NCBI GenBank assembly: GCA_002269645.1
Contig: NIVC01001795.1
Location: 104,559 to 168,558, forward strand
Length of the DNA stretch: 64,000 bases
Source: Macrostomum lignano
Taxonomy: Eukaryota
Reading direction: 5' to 3'
Part shown: positions 53,826 through 64,000 of the stretch, one piece after another
Layout of the letters: each line of letters opens with the position of its first letter
How positions within the stretch are numbered: position 1 is the stretch's first letter
Translations under genes and position numbers: made by a program
The notes under the pieces: model-generated
The model's input: only the letters and a program-made list of their open reading frames with translations
Databases searched by the model: none
Told to the model about the DNA's origin: nothing

Positions 53826-54072
53826 GTGAGTTTCTTAGAGATTTTAGTCTGTTGGAATTAAATTTTCTGCTGTTCTGACCCACATGACCGATCCATTCAC
53901 CCTGGGAGCAGCTTAGCGTCCGAGTCTCGTGCCATTGTGCCCGGGGTTCGATTTCGCGCATTCGAGTCGCATTAATTTTGGGGCCTGCCGTTCACACCCA
54001 TAAATATCATAAGTGATAAGTACCCAAGGCTTAGAGTTATGTACAAGTGTGACTATGAGAAGCCAAGGCTGC

Positions 54073-54195
54073 TGTGTGAGCATGTACACTAGGTGTGAGC
54101 ATGTACACTTTGTGTGAGCATGTACACTTTGTGTGAGCATGTACACTTTGTGTGAGCATGTACACCGTGTGTGAGCATGTACACCCTGTGTGAGC
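54073..54195. repeat. 19-bp minisatellite GTGTGAGCATGTACACTTT (K2P intron 1)
   Basis: About 6 units. Confidence 0.9.
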
Positions 54196-54278
54196 GTGAT
54201 CAGAGGTCACGGAATGCTCCGTTCCGATTATCCAAGACTATCGGAGGCATCCAATTGTGACCCGTAACTCCACTGCAG

Positions 54279-54782
54279 CTGAGCACTCCTGCGTCAATCC
54301 GAGCAACCTGACGGCTTTCTTCACCCAAGTCCTGGACGCCTACCAGGCCGGCTACCGCCTCGGCCCCAACGGCTCGGTGGTGGCCCCGGCGCCGAAGTGG
54401 GACTACCCCAGCGCCGTGTTCTTCTGCATGACCGTCATCACCACCATCGGCTACGGCAATCTGTCGCCGTCGACATCCGGCGGCCAGGCCTTCTGCTGCG
54501 TGTACGCGCTGATCGGCATCCCGCTGCTCGCCATCCTGCTCAGCGGCATCGCCGAGCGAGTCAAATCCGCGAAGGAGCGAATCCAGGCCTGCGAGTGCTG
54601 GAAAGACAAAGGCCGGGTGCCCGAAGTTGTCACCACGCTGCTGTACTTCGTCTTCGGCATCCTGCTGTTTATATTTGTTCCAGCCGCATCATTTACAGCC
54701 CTCGAGGGCTGGACGTTTAGCGAGGGGATGTACTACAGCTTCGTCACCTTGTCCACCATCGGCTTCGGAGACTACGTTGCGG
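54279..54782 (+). CDS. K2P channel exon 2 (cap, P1, TM2-3, P2)
   Basis: SEHSCVN cap cysteine; pore signatures TTIGYG and STIGFGDYVAG; 504 bp, phase 1/1. Confidence 0.96.
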
Positions 54783-54825
54783 GTGAGTGCCTCTGAGCGC
54801 CCGCGGGCGTCCGAAAAATGGCATC

Positions 54826-55118
54826 CTTGACCTTGACATCTCAGCAATCCCCCTTGAGCCTTGACATCTCAGCAATCCCCCTTGAGCCTTGACATCTCAG
54901 AAATCTCTTTGAGCCTTGACATCTCAGCAATCCCTTTGAGCCTTGACATCTCAGAAATCTCTTTGAGCCTTGACATCTCAGCAATCCCTTTGAGCCTTGA
55001 CATCTCAGCAATCCCTTTGAGCCTTGACATCTCAGCAATCCCTTTGAGCCTTGACATCTCAGCAATTACCCTTGAGCCTTGACATCTCAGCAATTACCCT
55101 TGAGCCTTGACATCTCAG
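54826..55118. repeat. 27-bp minisatellite GAGCCTTGACATCTCAGCAATCCCTTT (K2P intron 2)
   Basis: About 11 units. Confidence 0.94.
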
Positions 55119-55963
55119 ATACCAAAGCACAGTAGCGACATTGCAGAACACAATTTCTTCCTATGTATAAATGCACTTTTCAAATACCTATTCCTAAGAG
55201 TATCTATTGAATACAGTATATAGGAGGAGGCTTGTAAACTTAAAAAATTCCAATTCTCAACGCGCTTCCAATCCAATTGAGAGTTCTATAGAAGTCCTTG
55301 AATAAAACAAGCCCAAGACCACACCGAGAAACTCACCATTAGCCGTACCAAATTGCAGTGAAATACTGAGTCATCTGCTTGCCATCTGGCGTTTCTGCCT
55401 TAGTGGCCCCCTTAGTAGATTTCACGCTCACAGCGCACTGGTCTATGCTCTGTACACGCATTTCCCTCTTTTTGCTTCGGCAGTGAGAGGAACTCAAATC
55501 GCTTCCCCCAGCGATCAGGAGCAAAAAGCAAAAGTGCATTTAAAAATTGGCCATGCAGCAACCAATGCTCAAATTTTACACCAACGGATAGGCAGATTGA
55601 TACTTAGCCAAAGCCATAAAAACATTGACTTGGGCTAATTACCTATCAATTTGTTGTCGGCTGTACCGGAAATGTTGGCTGGCATTGTTATTTTACTGTA
55701 TTGTATTTTGAATACAATTTTGATCACCTTTTGTCACGTGTTTTGTGAGCAGACAGATGGCTCCTGAATGAGCAATGCCGGAGATTAAGTAGCAAAAAAG
55801 ATTTTTTAAATTCTATTGCTTGGGATTCCAGTGAGGTGTGCATGCCTCTAATTAAATTGATTAAAATTTGCATGGGTAGGGTGAAAATTAATTAAGGATG
55901 CAATTCAACTCCATAGTGACAGACATTTCTGACTTTCGGTGCTAAGTAAATTAATTAGACTCG

Positions 55964-56781
<818 letters not shown>

Positions 56782-56812
56782 TGATTGATACCAATCCTAC
56801 TCCCAACGACAG

Positions 56813-57090
56813 GCCAAAAGGTGGTCTCCGCAATCTACAAGTTCTGTCTGTCGATGTGGATCTACCTGGGCCTGGTGTTCATGTCCGGCGTCATCTCCAC
56901 AGTTCAGAGTCTGATTGAACGAGGCGCAAAAAAAGTCGACGCCAAGATCGACGCCTCGGACCTGCCGAGTGAGACGGGCGAAGAACCCGATGAAGCTGCC
57001 CATCCAGCATCCAAGCAAAATGTTGTCGAACAGCAGAAAAGTAACGACAACAAAGGAGACAATGGAATCGAGCTGGACGTCGTAACCTGA
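56813..57090 (+). CDS. K2P channel exon 3 (TM4, C-tail)
   Basis: GACAG| acceptor; GQKVVSAIYKFCLSMWIYLGLVFMSGVI...ELDVVT-TGA; total 307 aa. Confidence 0.88.
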
Positions 57091-57282
57091 GCCGTCCTAA
57101 GTTCGAGACCACGATCGGCTGCTATTGACAAATAGACAAAGTGCATTTGTGCTTGCACAATGTCATAAAACAACAAATATTTTTATTTACAAGGCCAAAA
57201 TTGTTGTGTTTTCTTTCTTCTGCCACAAACATCTGGATAGAGTAAGAGCGGTTCCTTGCCTGCTTGGGCTGTGATTTTTATA

Positions 57283-57288
57283 AATAAA
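57283..57288 (+). terminator. Candidate polyadenylation signal for the K2P gene
   Basis: AATAAA in AT-rich sequence about 190 nt after the stop. Confidence 0.5.
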
Positions 57289-57683
57289 TTCTCGTTATTT
57301 ATGATAAAAGACATTATATATGCGTCATGAAAAATTACAAACGGAATTGGACATTAGGCTGTACAACTTCAAATACTTAACAGCACAGTGGGGATCGAGC
57401 CGACAGTAATCCGCTTTGCCAGGCCAAAGCTGCATGAGCAAATAAAATCGATTAATTGTTCTACACGTTCGCACGCTCTGCCTGGTTGTACAGCGCCTGC
57501 CAGGGAGTCTCGTTCCCTCTACTAGGAGAGAAAAGTATTGCACAGAATTGAGGATTGAGCAGGCCATGCATGCAACACTGTCGGAACTCAGTCAGTTCTT
57601 GGGCACTTTGTTTTTTAGTATCTTAGTGCGAAATTTGTCTGAACAGGATTGTCGGACAGAACAGATCGCCAAATCGCTGCATC

Positions 57684-57900
57684 ATGCTGATCCTTCAGCT
57701 GCTGCTGGCCACGCTGCCGGCCGTTGCCCAATGCTTCGACCAGTACCCGAAGCGACTGGCCTTCGAGCTGCCAGACAATGAGGAGTTCTGCTTTTATCAG
57801 GCGTTCGATAAATCAGAGTCGCGCGACTCGTTTCTGCTGCGATTCCGCGTCGTACGCGGCGGCAACAACGATGTGGACTTTCTAGTCCGCTCGCCAACAG
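57684..57900 (+). CDS. p24/TMED family GOLD-domain protein (p24gamma, TMED3/7-like), exon 1
   Basis: Signal peptide MLILQLLLATLPAVA; FELPDNEEFCFYQ and FRVVRGGNNDVDF GOLD motifs; donor G|GTGAGA, phase 1. Confidence 0.93.
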
Positions 57901-57947
57901 GTGAGAACCTCTGAAGTCCGAAGTCCCTCATGTGTACTTGTGTGTAC

Positions 57948-58229
57948 TGCCCGTTGAAAACGAGGGTTAATATTCTGGGCGCTAATTAACTATTAGCCCG
58001 AAGGTTAGTTAACGTAATTTTAGGTGAATAAACGTTACTTGACGTTACTTGACTTTACGGAGGGTAAATATACGTTAATTTCCGAGTTTGTTAACCGAAA
58101 TAACCCACACAGTGTTTGGTTAATTAACGTGAATTCGCTTTTTCCAAAGTTAAACTGCGGTAAATTAACCAACCAAAAGTAACTTTTCGTTAATTTACAT
58201 TCAAGATTAACCCTCGTTTTCAACGGGCA
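57948..58229. mobile_element. MITE-like element, 282 bp
   Basis: Perfect 24-bp TIRs TGCCCGTTGAAAACGAGGGTTAAT (57948-71 and 58206-29); AT-rich interior with many GTTAA motifs; no clear TSD. Confidence 0.7.
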
Positions 58230-58669
58230 TGTTTATTGTCTGACAACGAAAGCGAACAACCGACGATGACTTTACGTTATTAACTGGATATACTTGAAGC
58301 ATCAAACACTCGCATTTGAAGCTGAAAATTCTAGTCTACCTGTACTAACTTTCTGGGGACAGGATAGCTCAACGAATGACGGCAGCAGCTCAGAAGACGA
58401 CTCTCGAGTCACAGACCACGGCTTTCGACTCCGCGATATTTATTTGGGGCCTCTTCACGAAAATTGGCTAAAGTGCGATTCATGCATCAACGAGGGCCAA
58501 CCCCAAGGCACAGAGGGTGTACACGTGTGAGCGTGTGTGCGAGTGCGTGTCGAGTACAGTATCTGCCCGATTGCATGTACTCAAGAGTCTGCGGAATGGG
58601 CGGAGTTGCCTTTCCGATGGCTGTAGGACGATGTAGGACCGAGTCCAGGGTGTCCACAACTTTCCTGTC

Positions 58670-59318
58670 TTTGACTTACTTGACTTAGCTGCAGGGCTGT
58701 CCCGGAGGGGACACAGCGGGAAGGCGCGGGCGCCCATTCCGCTAATCCCTGAACGGCCGACGCGTCGCTATGGACGGTGGTTATCCATAGTCGGCTCGAA
58801 GGCCATGATAAAAGGTTGGTGGGCTACCCTCAAAGGGCGCGGTACCCACCCGGCCGCTCCACCTGACCGGGCAGTAGGCCAATAGAACCCTCAAGGCTGG
58901 CCCGACACCAGGAGGGGGACCGCTTGCTACCGGACTACTCCCCGGCCTTCCAGCCCATCGGCACGGTCAACACCTTAGGCATTAGAGAGTACGTTGGGCA
59001 GTACCACGGCCTGCAGGTTGGCGAGCCAGACCCGCATACCCAAATTCGGCCGAAGCCACTGGATAGGGTCGCCAGCGCCGGAGCCCAGTCTGTCCAGCAG
59101 CCCTAGGGTCTGCCTTGAACACACGCGGGGACGAGTACCCTGGGTCGACTTGCGAGACAGCGTGGGGTCTGCGGCTGCCAGCGGCAAATAGAGGGTGCAG
59201 ACCTCCCACCAGCCTTGACCTGCCAAAGATAGGGGCAGGCGTGAAGCATCGCAGACCGTAGCCCATAGGCCCAGTCTGTCTCATACTTCACTGGCGTGCT
59301 GAATACACCTTCGCGTGC
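58670..59318 (-). mobile_element. Non-autonomous non-LTR retroposon (SINE/SIDE-like) with RTE-type tail and 5' HDV-like ribozyme
   Basis: 13-bp TSD CAACTTTCCTGTC at 58657-58669 and 59319-59331; minus-strand 3' tail TAAGTCAAGTAAGTCAAA; no RT ORF; dense hairpins. Confidence 0.85.
59038..59318 (-). ncRNA. HDV-like self-cleaving ribozyme (predicted)
   Basis: P1 GCACGCG (59318-12) / CGCGUGU (59127-21) with G1.U wobble; P3 GGG/CCC; L3 UACUCGU; P1.1 AC/GU; P2 5' strand ACCCA; J4/2 either CAGAC (C59092) or CGAA (C59048). Confidence 0.75.
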
Positions 59319-59385
59319 CAACTTTCCTGTCAATATTAATTGCATATTTCTACAATCAATAACGTTTGGCATTCGTAACTGACAG

Positions 59386-59825
59386 GCGAGAAGATCTACT
59401 CCAAGCTAAGGGCGCGCTCAGACGAACGGGCGTTCAAATTTATGGGCGGCGGCGCGTACGCCTTCTGCTTCGGCAACGAGTTCTCAACAGTGACACACAA
59501 GGTGGTGCAGTTCGCTCTGGACAGGAGCCGGGCGCCCTCCCTGGCCGAGGAGGCCGGGGTCACCCCGCCCACCGCGCTGACGCTGCTGCAATCGGAGCTG
59601 GAGGCCGTCCACCAGCAGCTCGTGCGGGCGGAGGCGGCCCAGACGATGCACCGGGCCCGGGAAGTCGAAGGCCGAGCATTGAGCGACGACCTCAACAGGC
59701 GGGTTGCGACATTCAGCGGCATCCTGGCGGTTGCTGTGCTGGCCTGCGGACTCGGCCAGGTGGCCGCGCTGAAGGCTCTGTTTGGGGGCGCGGTCCGACA
59801 AGCAAAAATCAGCCAGGTGGCTTAG
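59386..59825 (+). CDS. p24/TMED protein, exon 2
   Basis: TAACTGACAG| acceptor; GEKIY...YAFCFGNEFSTVTHKVVQF, coiled coil, TM segment and tail ending ISQVA-TAG; total 218 aa. Confidence 0.93.
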
Positions 59826-60037
59826 CTTCAATTGGAGTTTATTACACAAAGACTCAACACCTGTTTGCACTCGTGTTTTGGTGTCCTGATTATATTAGAC
59901 ATTACATTTTAGAATTTTGTTTGAATACTATGGTAATGTTATTGTGAATTTAAAGTAAATACTCAACACTGACCATATTCAGTATCATGTTTTGTGATAA
60001 AGAAAAATTTTCTTGTCTATCTTGCCGGAGTTCTAAA

Positions 60038-60220
60038 GGAAGGAAGGAAGGAAGGAAGGAAGGAAGGAAGGAAGGAAGGAAGGAAGGAAGGAAGGAAGGA
60101 AGGAAGGAAGGAAGGAAGGAAGGAAGGAAGGAAGGAAGGAAGGAAGGAAGGAAGGAAGGGGGAAGGAAGAAAGGAAGGAAGGAAGGAAGGAAGGAAGGGG
60201 GAAGGAAGGAAGGGGAAAGG
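60038..60220. repeat. (GGAA)n microsatellite
   Basis: Direct inspection. Confidence 0.97.
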
Positions 60221-62250
60221 ATCTCTCTGTTCCATCCGGTCATTCTCTAAGATTGAATAAGTTCAGGTTAAAAGTTTCAAAACAGAAATGTAACAATATT
60301 TTGTTCAGCTACAGCATGTCCATATTTGTACTTAAAGTAGCATATTAAGCCAGTGGGTTTTTATCACAGTAAATAAAAATAATCGATGGTTTTTTCGACG
60401 TGGATAAAAAAGCGAACCGACAGAATTTGAATAAAAATTTTAGTCGGATAAAAGAGTCAAAGTCTGCACAATTTCCCCATATTTCCCCATACTTCCCCAT
60501 ATTTTCCCATACTTCCCCATACTTACCCATATTTCCTCATATTTCCCCATAATTCCACATATTTTCCCATACTTCCCCATACTTACCCATATTTCCTCAT
60601 ATTTCCCCATATTTCCCCATACTTCCCCATACTTCCCCATATTTCCCCATACTTCCCCATACTTCCCCATACTTCCTCATATTTCCCCATATTTCCCCAT
60701 ACTTCCCCATATTTCCCCATACTTCCCCATCCTTCCCCATACTTCCTCATATTTCCCCATATTTCCCCATACTTCCCCATATTTTCCCATACTTCCCCAT
60801 ACTTACCCATATTTCCTCATATTTCCCCATAATTCCACATATTTTCCCATACTTCCCCATACTTACCCATATTTCCTCATATTTCCCCATATTTCCCATA
60901 TTTCCCCATACTTCCCCATATTTCCCCATACTTCCCCATACTTCCTCATATTTCCCCATATTTCCCATACTTCCCCATATTTTCCCATATCCCCCATCCT
61001 TCCCCATCCTTCCTCATATTTCCCCATATTTCCCCATACTTCCCCATATTTTCCCATACTTCCCCATACTTACCCATATTTCCTCATATTTCCCCATATT
61101 TCCCCATACTTCCCCATACTTCCCCATATTTCCCCATACTTCCCCATACTTCCCCATACTTCCCCATATTTTCCCATACTTCCCCATACTTCCCCATACT
61201 TCATCATATTTCCCCATATTTCCCCATACTTCCCCATACTTCCCCATACTTCCTCATATTTCCCCATACTTCCTCATATTTCCCCATATTTCCCCATACT
61301 TCCCCATATTTTCCCATACTTCCCCATACTTCATCATATTTCCCCATATTTCCCCATACTTCCCCATACTTCCCCATACTTCCCCATATTTCCCCATATT
61401 TCCCCATATTTCCCCGTACTTCCCCATACTTCCCCATACTTCATCATATTTCCCCATATTTCCCCATACTTCCCCATACTTCCCCATACTTCCTCATATT
61501 TCCCCATACTTCCCCATACTTCCCCATACTTCCTCATATTTCCCCATACTTCCCCATATTTCCCTATACTTCCCCATACTTCCCCATACTTCCTCATATT
61601 TTCCCATACTTCCCCATACTTACCCATATTTCCTCATATTTCCCCATAATTCCACATATTTTCCCATACTTCCCCATACTTCCCCATACTTCCCCATATT
61701 TCCCCATATTTCCCCATACTTCCCCATTTTTCTCCATATTTCCCCATATTTCCCCATATTTCTGCATATTTCCCCATATTTCTCCATATTTCCCCATATT
61801 TCTGCATATTTCCCCATATTTCCCCACATTTCCCCATATTTCTCAATATTTCCCCACATTTCCCCATATTTCTCCATATTTCCCCATATTTCTGCATATT
61901 TCCCCATATTTCCCCACATTTCCCCATATTTCTCAATATTTCCCCATATTTCCGCATATTTCTGCACATTTCTGCCTACTTTTCCATATTTCTCCATATC
62001 TCTCTGTTCCATCCGGTCATTCTCTAAGATTGAATAAGTTCAGGTTAAAAGTTTCAAAACAGAAATGTAACAATATTTTGTTCAGTACAGCATGTCCATA
62101 TTTGTACTTAAAGTAGCATATTAAGCCAGTGGGTTTTTTCACAGTAAATAAAAATAATCGATGGTTTTTTCGACGTGGATAAAAAGCGAACGACAGAATT
62201 TGGATAAATAAATTTTAGTCGGATAAAAGAGTCAAAGTCTGCAACAATTT
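60221..62250. repeat. Direct duplication of about 250 bp unique sequence (60221-60470 and 61998-62250), period 1777 bp
   Basis: ATCTCTCTGTTCCATCCGG...AAAGTCTGC present twice; the copies differ mainly by small indels. Confidence 0.95.
60470..61997. repeat. 10-bp satellite TTCCCCATA(C/T), clean register
   Basis: Direct inspection. Confidence 0.97.
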
Positions 62251-64000
62251 TCCCCATATTTCCCCATACTTCCCCATACTTACCCATATTTCCTCATATT
62301 TTCCCCATAATTCCACATATTTTCCCATACTTCCCTCATACTGACCCATATTTCCTCATATTTCCCCATACTTCCCATATTTCCTCATACTTCCCCATAT
62401 TTCCCCATACTTCCATACTTCCCCATACTTCCTCATATTTCTCCATATTTCCCCATATTTCCCCATATTTCCCATACTTCCTCATTTATTTCCCATACTT
62501 CCCCATCCCTTCCCATACTTCCTCATATTTCCTCCATATTCCCCATACTTTTCCCCATATTTCCTCATACTTCCCCATTACTTCCCATACTTCATCATAT
62601 TTCCCATATTTCCCCATACTCCCCATACTTCCCCATACTTCCTCATATTTCCCTCATACTTTCCTCATATTTCCCCATATTTCCCCATACTTCCCATTAT
62701 TTTCCCATATCTTCCCCATACTTTCATCATATTTCCCCATATTTCCCCATACTTCCCCATACTCTCTACTCCTCATATTTCCCATCAACTTCCCATACTT
62801 CCCCATTTTCCCATACTTTCCCATTATTTCCTCATACTTCCCCATATTTCCCATACTTCCCCATACTTCCCCATACTCCTTCATATTTCCCATATTTCCC
62901 CATACTTCCTCATATTTCCCCATACTTCCCCATACTTCCCCATACTTCCTCATACTTACATTTTTCCCATATTTCCCCATACTTTACCATATTTCCTCAT
63001 ATTTCCCCATACTTTCCCATATTTCCTCATACTTCCCCTATATTCCCCATACTTCCCCATATCTTTCCCATACTTCCTCATATTTCCCCATACTTCCCAT
63101 ACTTCCTCCATTATTTCCCCATATTTCCCATACTTCCCCATACTTTCCCATACTTCCCCATATTTCCCATACTTCCTCATACTTCCCCATACTTCCCCAA
63201 CTTCATCATATTTCCCCATACTTCCCCATACTTCCTCATACTTCCTCTATTTTCCCCATACTTCCCCATACTTCCCCATACTTCCTCATATTTCCCCATA
63301 TTTCCCATACTTCCTCATATTTTCCCCATACTTCCCCATACTTCCCCATACTCATCATATTTCCCCATATTTCCCATACTCCCCATACTACCATATTTCC
63401 CCATACTTCCCCATACTTCCCCATTACTTCATCATTATTTCCCTCATATTTCCCCATACTTCCCATACTTCCCCATACTTCCTCATATTTCCCCATACTT
63501 CCCCATACTTCCCATATTTCCCATTACTTCCCATATTTCCTCATACTTCCCCATATTTTCCATACTTCCCCATACTTCCCCATACTTCCTCATATTTCCC
63601 CATATTTTCCCATACTTCCTCATATTTCCCCATACTTCCCCATACTTCCCCATACTTCCTCATTATTTCCCATATTTCCCCATACTTACCCATATTTTCC
63701 CATACTTCCCCATACTTACCCATATTTCCTCATATTTCCCCATACTTCCCCATACTTCCCCATATTTCCCCATACTTTCCCATATTATTTCCTTCATACT
63801 TTCCCCATATTCCTCATATTTCCCCATATTCTCATACTTACCCATATTTTCCCATTACTTCCCCATATCTTACCCATTTCCTCATATTTCCCCAATACTT
63901 CTCCCTACTTCCCATATTTCCCTCATACTTTCCCATATTTCCTCTATACTTCCCCATATTTCCCATACTTCCTCCATACTTCCCCATATTCCTCATATTT
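62248..64000. repeat. 10-bp satellite TTCCCCATA(C/T), indel-rich copy
   Basis: Same unit, frequent 1-bp indels. Confidence 0.95.

Noticed and set aside
60345-63845. MGKYGEVWGN repeat ORFs
   Set aside because: Translation of the 10-bp satellite

Overview
Eukaryotic (metazoan) genomic DNA. The density of minisatellites and the GC-rich exons are of the kind reported for the flatworm Macrostomum; this is an inference, not a demonstrated assignment. About 40 unrelated tandem arrays cover roughly 35-40% of the window. Three spliced genes can be reconstructed with GT-AG introns and consistent phases: (1) casein kinase II alpha on the minus strand, 6 coding exons, 36722-42823, 378 aa, with a different minisatellite filling each intron; (2) a TREK-like two-pore K+ channel on the plus strand, 3 exons, 53684-57090, 307 aa; (3) a p24/TMED GOLD-domain protein on the plus strand, 2 exons, 57684-59825, 218 aa. 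An AT-rich island (about 42.84-50.2 kb) holds a decayed 4.2-kb hAT transposon and a 628-bp hAT-type non-autonomous element, both with perfect 8-bp target-site duplications. The most notable observation is in the TMED intron: an antisense, ORF-less 649-bp retroposon (58670-59318) with a 13-bp TSD and an RTE-like (TAAGTCAAG)2 tail, whose first base is the predicted cleavage site of an HDV-like ribozyme (P1, P3, L3 and P1.1 read directly from the sequence). No gene could be built reliably in 1-35 kb. The last 2 kb may be an unpolished duplicate. Most long ORFs in the supplied track are translations of tandem repeats.
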